This document shows positions 6,953 through 15,830 of a DNA stretch of 26,169 bases, piece by piece. How positions within the stretch are numbered: position 1 is the first letter of the stretch; the number at the start of each line of letters is the position of its first letter. The translations under genes were made by a program, and so were the position numbers. The DNA comes from a virus. The notes under the pieces were generated by a model. That model did no database searches. It was not told where the DNA came from and saw nothing but the letters and a program-made list of their open reading frames with translations. The stretch is taken from UHGV virus genome UHGV-0156931. One strand, given 5' to 3'.

Positions 6953-7806
6953 GCACCATCCTGAAATGGGCGGGAAATAAAACCGCCATTATGTCCGAAC
7001 TGAAAAAACACCTTCCTGCTGGCCCGCGACTGGTTGAACCTTTCGCGGGTTCCTGTGCTGTGATGATGGAGACGGATTACCCCAGCTATCTGGTTGCGGA
7101 TATTAATCCTGATTTAATCAACCTCTATAAAAAGGTTGCCGCTGATTGTGAATCGTTTATATCTCGCGCCAGAGTTTTATTTGAGATCGCAAACAGGGAG
7201 GTGGCTTATTACAACATAAGGCAGGAGTTTAATTACTCCACTGAAATTACTGATTTCATGAAAGCGGTATATTTCCTGTATCTCAATCGTCACGGTTACC
7301 GTGGTTTATGTCGCTATAACAAGAGCGGGCATTTCAACATTCCCTACGGTAATTATAAAAATCCGTATTTCCCTGAAAAAGAAATTCGCGCATTTGCAGA
7401 AAAGGCCCAGCGAGCAACGTTTATCTGCGCCAGCTTTGATGAAACGCTGGCGATGTTGAAGGCGGGGGATGTGGTGTATTGCGATCCGCCGTATGACGGT
7501 ACGTTTTCCGGCTATCACACTGACGGCTTCACTGAAGATGACCAGTATCACCTGGCATCTGTTCTTGAACATCGGTCATCAGAAGGACATCCGGTCATTG
7601 TTTCTAACAGTGACACATCCCTGATCCGTTCGCTGTATCGCAATTTTACTCACCACTACATCAAGGCAAAACGCAGCATCGGTGTGGCAGCTGGCGAGGG
7701 TAAATCAGCAACAGAAATCATTGCTGTTTCCGGGCCGCGCTGCTGGGTGGGATTTGATTATTCGCGTGGCGTGGATAGTTCTGCCGTGTACGGAGTACGT
7801 GCATGA
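6949..7806 (+). CDS. dam: Orphan DNA adenine methyltransferase (Dam-like)
   Basis: ATG at 6949 gives [11 protein letters not shown]... (285 aa). SAM-binding motif FAGSCAV and catalytic DPPY (VVYCDPPY). No adjacent restriction endonuclease gene. Confidence 0.9.
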   Translation: MSTILKWAGNKTAIMSELKKHLPAGPRLVEPFAGSCAVMMETDYPSYLVADINPDLINLYKKVAADCESFISRARVLFEIANREVAYYNIRQEFNYSTEITDFMKAVYFLYLNRHGYRGLCRYNKSGHFNIPYGNYKNPYFPEKEIRAFAEKAQRATFICASFDETLAMLKAGDVVYCDPPYDGTFSGYHTDGFTEDDQYHLASVLEHRSSEGHPVIVSNSDTSLIRSLYRNFTHHYIKAKRSIGVAAGEGKSATEIIAVSGPRCWVGFDYSRGVDSSAVYGVRA

Positions 7807-10217
7807 GTCATGCCGATATGAACAACTGCTGCGGCTTTAACGAGGCTGCCGCAGCATTCTCATGGAACAGCCCGAAAAAGGCCATTAACCCTTATCTGGA
7901 CCCGGCGGAAGTTGCGCCGGTTTCTACGCTTTCAAACCTGATCACTCTGTACGCTGCCGATAACGAGCAGGAACAGTTGCGCCGCGAGGCACTGAGTGAT
8001 CAGGTCTGGGAGCGTTATTTCTTTAATGAATCACGTGATCCTGTCCAGCGCGAAATGGAGCAGGATAAGCTCATTAGCCGGGCAAAGCTGGCGCATGAGC
8101 AGCAGCGTTTTAATTCAGACATGGTCATTCTGGCGGACGTCAACGCCCAGCCTTCCCATATCAGCAAGCCGCTGATGCAACGTATTGAATACTTCAGCAG
8201 CCTGGGCAGGCCAAAGGCTTATTCCCGCTATTTACGTGAGACGATTAAGCCATGTCTGGAACGACTGGAGCATGTACGCGACAGTCAGCTATCTGCATCT
8301 TTTCGCTTTATGGCAAGCCATGAAGGGCTGGACGGCCTGCTGATCCTGCCTGAAATGAGTCAGGATCAGGTGAAACGCCTGTCCACCCTGGTAGCTGCGC
8401 ATATGAGTATGTGCCTTGATGCAGCTTGTGGTGATTTGTATGCCACCGATGACGTTAAGCCAGAAGAAATCCGCAAGACATGGGAAAAGGTGGCAGCGGA
8501 AACCCTGCGTCTGGATGTCATCCCACCTGCGTTTGAGCAACTCCGTCGGAAAAGAAACCGCCGTAAACCCGTGCCCTATGAACTCATTCCGGGTTCGCTG
8601 GCGCGTATGTTGTGCGCCGACTGGTGGTATCGGAAATTATGGAAGATGCGTTGCGAATGGCGGGAAGAGCAGTTGCGCGCTGTTTGCCTGGTCAGCAAAA
8701 AAGCATCTCCTTATGTCAGCTATGAAGCCGTGATGCATAAACGTGAGCAGCGCCGTAAGTCGCTGGAGTTTTTCCGTTCTCATGAACTGGTGAACGAAGA
8801 CGGCGACACGCTGGACATGGAGGATGTGGTAAACGCCAGCAGCAGCAACCCTGCGCATCGCCGCAATGAGATGATGGCCTGTGTTAAAGGTCTGGAGCTT
8901 ATCGCGGAAATGCGCGGTGACTGCGCCGTTTTCTACACTATCACCTGTCCGTCGCGTTTCCATTCCACGCTAAATAACGGCAGACCAAACCCGACCTGGA
9001 CAAACGCGACGGTAAGACAAAGCAGCGATTATCTGGTCGGCATGTTTGCTGCATTTCGTAAGGCGATGCACAAAGCCGGGTTGCGCTGGTATGGCGTGCG
9101 GGTGGCTGAGCCGCATCATGATGGCACAGTTCACTGGCACCTGTTGTGTTTCATGCGCAAAAAAGACCGCCGTGCCATCACTGCATTACTGCGTAAGTTT
9201 GCCATCCGTGAAGACCGCGAGGAGCTGGGCAATAACACTGGGCCGCGCTTTAAGTCTGAGTTGATTAACCCGCGCAAAGGAACGCCGACAAGCTACATCG
9301 CGAAATATATCAGTAAGAACATTGACGGTCGTGGTCTGGCTGGCGAGATCAGCAAGGAAACGGGTAAATCTCTGCGTGATAACGCTGAATACGTGAATGC
9401 CTGGGCGTCTCTGCATCGTGTTCAGCAATTCCGCTTCTTTGGTATTCCGGGGCGTCAGGCTTACCGTGAACTTCGCTTGCTGGCTGGTCAGGCGGCAAGG
9501 CAACAGGGTGACAAAAAAGCAGGTGCGCCGGTACTGGATAACCCGCGTCTTGATGCCATTCTGGCTGCTGCTGATGCTGGTTGTTTTGCCACCTACATCA
9601 TGAAGCAGGGCGGCGTACTGGTTCCCCGTAAATATCACCTCATCAGAACCGCTTATGAAATCAACGAAGAGCCGACCGCCTATGGCGATCACGGCATTCG
9701 TATTTATGGCATCTGGTCACCCATTGCAGAGGGCAAGATCTGCACTCATGCAGTGAAGTGGAAAATGGTTCGTAAAGCCGTTGACGTTCAGGAGGCGGCA
9801 GCCGACCAGGGCGCTTGCGCCCCTTGGACTCGTGGCAATAACTGTCCCCTTGCTGAAAATTTGTACCAACAAGGGAAAGACAAATCAGCTGATGGAGATA
9901 CCAGAACGGATATCACCCGCATGGATGACAAGGAGTTGCACGATTACCTGCACAGTATGAGCAAAAAAGAGCGCCGGGAACTGGCAGCAAGGTTACGCCT
10001 TGTGAAACCGAAACGGCGTAAAGACTACAAACAGCGAATTACAGATCATCAGCGACAGCAGCTCGTGTATGAACTGAAGTCCAGGGGATTTGATGGCAGC
10101 GAGAAAGAGGTCGATTTACTGCTTCGCGGCGGCAGTATTCCGTCAGGAGCAGGCCTGCGTATCTTCTATCGGAACCAGCGTTTGCAGGAAGATGATAAGT
10201 GGCGAAACCTGTATTAA
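7803..10217 (+). CDS. A: Replication initiation endonuclease (P2 gene A family, rolling-circle)
   Basis: 804-aa ORF, last and largest gene of the early operon, start overlapping the dam stop. Size and position fit P2 gpA. Family assigned by synteny and length; catalytic residues not mapped. Confidence 0.85.
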   Translation: MSHADMNNCCGFNEAAAAFSWNSPKKAINPYLDPAEVAPVSTLSNLITLYAADNEQEQLRREALSDQVWERYFFNESRDPVQREMEQDKLISRAKLAHEQQRFNSDMVILADVNAQPSHISKPLMQRIEYFSSLGRPKAYSRYLRETIKPCLERLEHVRDSQLSASFRFMASHEGLDGLLILPEMSQDQVKRLSTLVAAHMSMCLDAACGDLYATDDVKPEEIRKTWEKVAAETLRLDVIPPAFEQLRRKRNRRKPVPYELIPGSLARMLCADWWYRKLWKMRCEWREEQLRAVCLVSKKASPYVSYEAVMHKREQRRKSLEFFRSHELVNEDGDTLDMEDVVNASSSNPAHRRNEMMACVKGLELIAEMRGDCAVFYTITCPSRFHSTLNNGRPNPTWTNATVRQSSDYLVGMFAAFRKAMHKAGLRWYGVRVAEPHHDGTVHWHLLCFMRKKDRRAITALLRKFAIREDREELGNNTGPRFKSELINPRKGTPTSYIAKYISKNIDGRGLAGEISKETGKSLRDNAEYVNAWASLHRVQQFRFFGIPGRQAYRELRLLAGQAARQQGDKKAGAPVLDNPRLDAILAAADAGCFATYIMKQGGVLVPRKYHLIRTAYEINEEPTAYGDHGIRIYGIWSPIAEGKICTHAVKWKMVRKAVDVQEAAADQGACAPWTRGNNCPLAENLYQQGKDKSADGDTRTDITRMDDKELHDYLHSMSKKERRELAARLRLVKPKRRKDYKQRITDHQRQQLVYELKSRGFDGSEKEVDLLLRGGSIPSGAGLRIFYRNQRLQEDDKWRNLY

Positions 10218-10310
10218 TTACGCGGGTTAACAATTCGTGCCCTTAATAATACCAGGCATATCAGGCTGATGAGCATAAAAAAAACGTTTTACATCAGTAA
10301 GATTATTATA

Positions 10311-10330
10311 TACTGTAAATATAAACAGTG
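10311..10330 (+). promoter_or_regulatory. LexA (SOS) box overlapping a promoter
   Basis: taCTGTaaatataaACAGtg fits CTGT-N8-ACAG (consensus TACTGTATATATATACAGTA). TTTACA (-35-like) lies 17 bp upstream of TACTGT. About 40 bp upstream of the ORF at 10371. Confidence 0.6.
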
Positions 10331-10370
10331 GTTATGTATACAGTATTGCTTTGGTGTCATAGGAGGAAAG

Positions 10371-10559
10371 ATGCAGGACTATTTTTTGGAGTCTTTGAAG
10401 CTCCAGCGCATTGATTTTTTTCTTAAGCTTGTAGCGGCTAGTGAGTGTAGTGATGAAGAGAAGGGGCTGGCCCTGCAGTGGGTTTCTGAACTGACAGATG
10501 AACTCATGGCAAAAATCAGAACCCACGAATACAACCGCTCAATGGATGTCATCAGCTGA
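10371..10559 (+). CDS. Small SOS-regulated protein (62 aa), possibly the N-terminal part of a Tum-like antirepressor
   Basis: ATG at 10371 preceded by AGGAGGAAAG. First gene after the LexA box. Ends 10 nt before the DinI-like ORF, which is in another frame. Confidence 0.5.
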   Translation: MQDYFLESLKLQRIDFFLKLVAASECSDEEKGLALQWVSELTDELMAKIRTHEYNRSMDVIS

Positions 10560-10569
10560 GGTGACTTTT

Positions 10570-10803
10570 ATGCGCATTGAAATAATGATCGATAAAGAGC
10601 AGAAGGTTAGCCAGTCTACACTGGACGCCCTTGAATCCGAGCTTTACCGCAATCTGCGCCCCCTGTATCCCAAAACGGTAATTCGTATCCGCAAAGGTAG
10701 CTCTAACGGTGTGGAACTGACCGGACTGCAACTGGACGAAGAAAGAAAACAAGTGATGAAAATTATGCAGAAGGTGTGGGAAGACGACAGCTGGCTGCAT
10801 TAA
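10570..10803 (+). CDS. DinI-family protein (DinI-like, possibly the C-terminal module of a Tum-type antirepressor)
   Basis: 77 aa; MRIEIMIDKEQ...LDALESEL...KIMQKVWEDDSWLH aligns by eye with E. coli DinI (MRIEVTIAK...IDALAGEL...ILQETWESADDW). GAGGTG RBS. Downstream of the LexA box. Confidence 0.8.
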   Translation: MRIEIMIDKEQKVSQSTLDALESELYRNLRPLYPKTVIRIRKGSSNGVELTGLQLDEERKQVMKIMQKVWEDDSWLH

Positions 10804-10935
10804 GAAACGTTGCTGGCGTCTGAACTTGCTTCTGGCGTCAGCAAGGTTGAACAACGAGCTGTGCGAGGCGTTAGCTCTGTGGTGCATGTCTATGCCGCAT
10901 GAGATCGCATGATCGTTTGAGGATCGTTTTTGCTA

Positions 10936-10964
10936 AGGCCTGCCAGAACTGGCGGGCTTTTGTG
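10936..10964 (+). terminator. Putative intrinsic terminator after the SOS module
   Basis: GCCTGCC-agaact-GGCGGGC stem (one G-U pair) followed by TTTTGTG. Three GATC sites cluster just upstream. Coordinates +/-2. Confidence 0.35.
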
Positions 10965-11006
10965 TAGATCATGCAGGTGCATGAAAACCACTACATAAAG
11001 CGGGCA

Positions 11007-11025
11007 GGCGTGGCGGGGATACGAG
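11007..11025. other. Candidate cos site (cohesive-end region)
   Basis: GGCGTGGCGGGGATACGAG: the first 13 nt match the P2/186 cohesive-end start GGCG(A/T)GGCGGGGA as recalled. Position relative to Q and P fits P2-family cos. Recollection-based. Confidence 0.35.
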
Positions 11026-11033
11026 CGCGCGCA

Positions 11034-11056
11034 TTGATTTCAAAAGATGAAATCAA
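11034..11056. promoter_or_regulatory. Palindrome TTGATTTC-N7-GAAATCAA upstream of the 565-aa cargo gene
   Basis: Perfect 8-bp inverted arms (11034-11041, 11049-11056) about 50 bp upstream of the ATG at 11103. Possible operator or promoter element. Confidence 0.3.
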
Positions 11057-11102
11057 GTGGTACGATAAGTAGGATTACTACCAATTCTCAAAGGGATGTC
11101 TC

Positions 11103-12800
11103 ATGCATAGAATTGTTAAAGCTCATCTTGATAACTTCGTGAAAAGTCACGGTATTGAAAATCATCAAGAGGACACGCAGTTCGAGCTATTTTGTAATAA
11201 AGCTTTGCTGTCTTCTCGTATAAGTATGGATTATGAAATTGACGATGTAACAACCGGGGCTGGTGATGATGGCATGGATGGTGTTGCCATCATAATTGAT
11301 GAAGAATTGTGTATATCTTCTGAAGATGCTACTTCAATATTTTCCTCATTACGTAAAAATCATGATGTTGATATTGTTTTCATTCAATCAAAGCGTAGTG
11401 AGTCTTTTGATTTAGGTGATTTTTTAAAGTTTAAAGCTTCCGTTTTTAGATTTATAGAGGATTCTCCTTACTTATGTGTGGATGAAATTCAAAAAAATGC
11501 AAGGGAAGTTTTTGATGTCATAATAAAAAATGTACCTAAGATAAGAGGTGGGCGACCAACTTTTACTGCTAAATATGTTGCAACTGGTTTATATAAAAAA
11601 CCTAAAGAGTTAGAGAATGCTCGGAAGTTATTTGCAAAAGAAATTGACGAGTTGGGATATTTCTGTAATGTTAGCGTTGAGTTTGTTGATCGTGATGAAT
11701 TAACACGTACTTGGATTGATACTTATTCAGTTGTCAATGCTGAATTGCCATTATTTAGTAATGCACCACTTCCCAAAATTAATGGTATAGAAGAAGCTTA
11801 TCTTGCTGTCGTTAAAGCAAAGGATTTTGTTGGTAATTTATTGATGACGGACGAGGGGTCTCTCCGTAATCATGTTTTTGTTGAGAACGTCCGGGCGTTC
11901 TTGGGAATTGATAATCCTGTTAACGCATCGATTGCTGAGACAATTAAAAATAAAGATGCCGCTTCACGATTTCCTGTTTTAAATAATGGAATAACAATTG
12001 TTAGTCCGGATGTAAAACTTCAAGGGAGTATTTTACATCTAGAAAATTTTCAGATAGTTAATGGCTGTCAGACATCAAATGTGCTTTACGAATGCCGCGA
12101 TTCCTTAGATGATACGATGATGGTTAACTTGAAAGTCGTAGAGACATTAAACGAAGATGTTTTTTCAGAATTGGTTCGAGCGACTAACAGTCAGACTAAG
12201 GTTGATGAGACTCAGTTCTATTCTCTTCGTCCAATAATAAAGAAAGTAGAAGCGTACTTTGATACTTATGAAGGGCAGGATGGTCGTTTATATTTAGAAA
12301 GACGTGAAAGACAATTTATCGGTAGAGATATACCTGCAGTTAGAGTATTTTCAGTTCATATGGCAGCTAAATGTGTAGCAGCTATGTTCTTCCGTCGGCC
12401 AGATCTTTCATACAGATACCCTAAAAAAATGTATGAATTGTTGGCTGAGAAAATATTTTCTAATGATACCAAGGAGATTGTATTTTATTCAGCATGTTTA
12501 ACATTATATAGATTACACTTACTTACTTCTAATGCTGATATTCCACAAAATATCAGGAAGTACAAATGGCATTTAATGGCGGTAGTTGGTGCTTTAATTG
12601 CCGGAAAGGATGTGCCTAATTTTGGCTCTAAGAAAATGGATGCGTATTGTAATAAAATCATCACTGAAATGACAAAGCATGGTGATAAAATAAAAGCTAC
12701 TTTCCAGAAGGCTGTTGATATTGTTTTGTCAATTGATGATATCACTGATGATAGAATGAAAAGGCAAGCTATTTTAGAGGAAATGCTTGCCAAGATTTAA
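11103..12800 (+). CDS. 565-aa cargo protein: Mrr-like PD-(D/E)xK nuclease N-terminus with an AIPR-like body; candidate abortive-infection/defence protein
   Basis: Intact ORF, RBS AAGGGA. N-terminal TGAGDDGMDGVAIIID...VDIVFIQSKRS resembles the GDxGxDG...QxK signature of Mrr-type nucleases. Later NGITIV...IVNGCQTSN motif recalled from AIPR-type proteins (unverified). No Walker A. Strongly AT-rich. Bracketed by terminators. Confidence 0.85.
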   Translation: MHRIVKAHLDNFVKSHGIENHQEDTQFELFCNKALLSSRISMDYEIDDVTTGAGDDGMDGVAIIIDEELCISSEDATSIFSSLRKNHDVDIVFIQSKRSESFDLGDFLKFKASVFRFIEDSPYLCVDEIQKNAREVFDVIIKNVPKIRGGRPTFTAKYVATGLYKKPKELENARKLFAKEIDELGYFCNVSVEFVDRDELTRTWIDTYSVVNAELPLFSNAPLPKINGIEEAYLAVVKAKDFVGNLLMTDEGSLRNHVFVENVRAFLGIDNPVNASIAETIKNKDAASRFPVLNNGITIVSPDVKLQGSILHLENFQIVNGCQTSNVLYECRDSLDDTMMVNLKVVETLNEDVFSELVRATNSQTKVDETQFYSLRPIIKKVEAYFDTYEGQDGRLYLERRERQFIGRDIPAVRVFSVHMAAKCVAAMFFRRPDLSYRYPKKMYELLAEKIFSNDTKEIVFYSACLTLYRLHLLTSNADIPQNIRKYKWHLMAVVGALIAGKDVPNFGSKKMDAYCNKIITEMTKHGDKIKATFQKAVDIVLSIDDITDDRMKRQAILEEMLAKI

Positions 12801-12852
12801 TTATACCTTGACATGTATATTAACGTGATTTTTTAAGTTGAATATCTAAGTA

Positions 12853-12884
12853 AAAAGAGTGCTTTTATTGTTAAGCACTCTTTT
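12853..12884. terminator. Bidirectional intrinsic terminator between convergent genes
   Basis: Perfect 12-bp inverted repeat AAAAGAGTGCTT / AAGCACTCTTTT with 8-nt loop, flanked by U-runs on both strands. Lies between the cargo gene stop (12800) and the Q stop (12888). Confidence 0.65.
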
Positions 12885-12887
12885 TTA

Positions 12888-13922
12888 TTAAGCTAACTCA
12901 AGGCTATATGTATTGAATTTAATAATGTCATCTTCTACCCACTCATTAATTTCTTTGATTCTTTCCTGTAAGGGGGTTAATTCGTTACGGACGAATACCT
13001 TGCTGGCTTTTTCAATATCGCCAAATCCACCAGTGTTTTGTGGAATAATGCCCATCATCTGCGGAGGAACTCGATGTGCTGCCATCATGTCATCGCGACT
13101 GACATTTTTGATATTCAGAAACTCATCCTTCGCCGCGACTTCTGACAACGGGATGATCTGAAGCCCGTCCTTTTTGCCGTTAGGCGAGTACATAAACAAA
13201 TTGCGGAAGTTGCCTGGACCTTTGGCACTTTTCATCGCGTTGCGGAGGTTGTTTACATCTTCCTGGTTTTGCGCGGCGTCGGTCATGTACATGATGAAGC
13301 CTGCATGACTGCCGTTAATGTAATACTTCCGGCGGAACAGCGTGGCGGACTCGTTGAGCAGGGCTGACGGAATGACAGAAAGATAGCCGGGCAGGCCGTA
13401 GATTTCTTGATTAATATCCGGCTCCATCAGGTGAAAAATGCTGCCTTTCGTGAACTGATACGGCTGCGTGGTCATGCCGTATTGCACAAACCAGTAGGTA
13501 TCCAGGTCTAACCCGCGTCGGGTGTATTTTGCCAGCGCAGGCTCAAGGGCGATAACTTCACCGAATCGGTTCGTGCGTTTCTCCAGGTAGGCGTTACCAA
13601 ATACCAGATAGTCCTGCACAAAACGCGAAAAAGCCTGCTGGCTGAGCAGCGGATGAGGGATATAGGTACTGGTCAGAATGTTGCATTTCACCGCAATTGG
13701 TGAACTGTGGTGCACGGCAGCGCGGAAGGTGCGCGCCAGTCCGTCAAAGCTGACGGGCGGCTCATACCAGCGATCTGTCTGTACGCATTCCACATAGTCC
13801 AGCAGTTCTCGGCGGTCCAGAACAGGAACGGGATCGCCGAAGCTGAATACTTCGGCTGTAGTCTGGCTTTTAAGCTGGATCTGTTTCGTCGCCGCAGCGC
13901 GGTTTTTCTTACTCTTTCCCAT
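12888..13922 (-). CDS. Q: Portal protein (P2 gpQ family)
   Basis: ATG at 13922 (ORF 13925 begins at TTG) gives 344 aa, the size of P2 Q. Start overlaps the terminase stop. Position next to cos and upstream of terminase P. Confidence 0.9.
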   Translation of the reverse strand: MGKSKKNRAAATKQIQLKSQTTAEVFSFGDPVPVLDRRELLDYVECVQTDRWYEPPVSFDGLARTFRAAVHHSSPIAVKCNILTSTYIPHPLLSQQAFSRFVQDYLVFGNAYLEKRTNRFGEVIALEPALAKYTRRGLDLDTYWFVQYGMTTQPYQFTKGSIFHLMEPDINQEIYGLPGYLSVIPSALLNESATLFRRKYYINGSHAGFIMYMTDAAQNQEDVNNLRNAMKSAKGPGNFRNLFMYSPNGKKDGLQIIPLSEVAAKDEFLNIKNVSRDDMMAAHRVPPQMMGIIPQNTGGFGDIEKASKVFVRNELTPLQERIKEINEWVEDDIIKFNTYSLELA

Positions 13923-15688
13923 CAAAAAATCTCCACAATATTGCTGGTATTGGCGGACTCGCCCTGCAGCGGTTCGTTAAACAGTGCGTGCATTGTTGCC
14001 CAGGCCAGATCGGCATGGCTGGTTTCTTCGCTGCGGCTGGCTTCATAGGTTGGGCGGTTGCCGCTGGCAGTGGTGGCGCGACGGATTGCCATAAAGGACT
14101 GCGCTATGTCGGTGTGCCCGGCGTCAAACTCTAGGCGGCGGTGGCTAATAATGTCGTAGGCCTTGAGTACCAGGGCGTTTTTAACGTTGGGGTTGTAGAC
14201 AAACTCCCGGACGGCAGGAAAAAACGCTTTCACGTTCTCGTAAACCCCGTGACCGACGCCGGTTGAGTCGATACCGATATATGTCACGTTGTACTGTTCG
14301 GTCAGTTTTTTGATGGCGTCAGCCTGGGCGCGGAAGTCCATTCCGCGCCACTGGTGACGCTCAAGAATGCGGAACTTACCACCTGGCACGGCTGGCGGTG
14401 CCACCACCACGCATCCGGCGCTGTCGCCGTTCTGCGTACCTTTTGCCGGGTCATAACCGATCCACACTTCGCGCCAGCCAAACGGGCGCAGCGCCAGTGC
14501 ATGAAAGTCGGTCCAGACTTCCCAGCTGTCTACCATGCACGCCTGCAGCTCGCTGAGCGGGAATACGGACGCGAGATCGTCCACGAACTCACACATCAGC
14601 AGATTCTGGTATTCGTCCGGGCTGTACTCCATGCGCAACTGGTCAAGGTCGAACAGGTTACATCCGCCGCGCACCGCATCTTCCACAGTGACTATCTGGC
14701 GGTACTGCCCGTCTGCGCACAGCAGGCCGGGGGCCAGATTGCTGTGGGACAGGTCGATGTCCACCTTATCGGCTTTGTTGCGCCCTCGGTTGAACAGCGC
14801 ACCGGACCAGAACGGATAAGCACTGTGTGTCAGGCTGGATGGCGTGGAAAAATAGGTCTGTCGCCATTTTTTGTGAATAGCCATACCGGAAGCCACTTTG
14901 CGCAGCTCCTGGAATTTCGGTATCCAGAAATATTCATCCAGATACAGGTTGCCGTGGTAACTCTGGGCCGTGCGGGCATTGGTGCCGAGGAAGTAAAGCG
15001 TGGCCCCGTTAGGAAGCACCATCGGATCACCTTTCAGCTCCACCTCGACTTCTTTGGCGAAATCGATGATGTACTGCTTAAAGACGTGAGCCTGTGCCTT
15101 ACTGGCAGAAAGGAAAATCTGGTTACGTCCGGTAAGCAGGGCGTCAATCAGGGCCTCACGGGCAAAATAGAAGGTCGCGCCGATCTGGCGTGACTTTAGC
15201 AGGTTGCGGATGCGGTTGGTTTTTCCGGCTTCCCACCAGTGGCGCTGGTAGTTAAACATGGAGGAATGGAAAATTTCTTCCAGCTTCTCAATTTGTTCAT
15301 CGGTGAAAACATTCTTTTCAGGCTGACGGCGTGGGCCTTTGTTGCGGTTGGCGACGTTAGGGTTTAAGTCGGCTTCGTTGCCGCCATTGTTAAACTTGCC
15401 GATCCGCGCGTGGCGCTCAGACTGGCGCGCCAGCAGGTCAATCTCTTTGAAATCTTTCCCTTCTTTGTGCTCCTTCATGATGAGCTGGCAGTAGCGTGCG
15501 GCGGTGGTGAGCTGCATCTGATCCAGCGGCCCATAGTCACCCCACTTGTCGCGTTTTTTCCAGCTGTGAACGGTTGCAACTTTCTCGCCCAGCATTTCAG
15601 CAATGCGGGCTACGCGGTATCCCTGAAAGTACAGCAGCATGGCCTGCCGACGGGGATCGAGATCTGCGGGTGTCAGTGTGGTGTTCAT
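13922..15688 (-). CDS. P: Terminase large (ATPase) subunit (P2 gpP family)
   Basis: 588 aa, divergent from O; size and position fit P2 gpP. Assignment by synteny and length. Confidence 0.9.
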   Translation of the reverse strand: MNTTLTPADLDPRRQAMLLYFQGYRVARIAEMLGEKVATVHSWKKRDKWGDYGPLDQMQLTTAARYCQLIMKEHKEGKDFKEIDLLARQSERHARIGKFNNGGNEADLNPNVANRNKGPRRQPEKNVFTDEQIEKLEEIFHSSMFNYQRHWWEAGKTNRIRNLLKSRQIGATFYFAREALIDALLTGRNQIFLSASKAQAHVFKQYIIDFAKEVEVELKGDPMVLPNGATLYFLGTNARTAQSYHGNLYLDEYFWIPKFQELRKVASGMAIHKKWRQTYFSTPSSLTHSAYPFWSGALFNRGRNKADKVDIDLSHSNLAPGLLCADGQYRQIVTVEDAVRGGCNLFDLDQLRMEYSPDEYQNLLMCEFVDDLASVFPLSELQACMVDSWEVWTDFHALALRPFGWREVWIGYDPAKGTQNGDSAGCVVVAPPAVPGGKFRILERHQWRGMDFRAQADAIKKLTEQYNVTYIGIDSTGVGHGVYENVKAFFPAVREFVYNPNVKNALVLKAYDIISHRRLEFDAGHTDIAQSFMAIRRATTASGNRPTYEASRSEETSHADLAWATMHALFNEPLQGESANTSNIVEIF

Positions 15689-15734
15689 GGCACAAACCTA
15701 CAGCCTTGAATGACGGCTTTCCCCGCCTGCGGTT

Positions 15735-15752
15735 TGTGTGGTTGTCGGTACA
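15735..15752. promoter_or_regulatory. Candidate late-promoter activator site (TGT-N12-ACA dyad) in the P/O divergent region
   Basis: TGTgtggttgtcggtACA, centred ~87 bp upstream of the O start. P2-family late promoters carry an Ogr/B-binding TGT-N12-ACA element near -55. Confidence 0.4.
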
Positions 15753-15830
15753 AATACCGCGCATTGTTTCACTGCCCCCATCACCGCAACCATAAGGCTC
15801 CAGTAAGTTTTTTCTAACGGAGCACGGCTC

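Noticed and set aside
8289-9692. Multiple ORFs of 68-168 aa on both strands inside gene A
   Set aside because: All lie within the 804-aa replication gene and are alternative-frame or antisense shadows.
14354-15193. 279-aa plus-strand ORF
   Set aside because: Lies entirely antisense within terminase gene P (13922-15688). Long open antisense frames are expected in GC-rich coding sequence, and there is no RBS or independent context.
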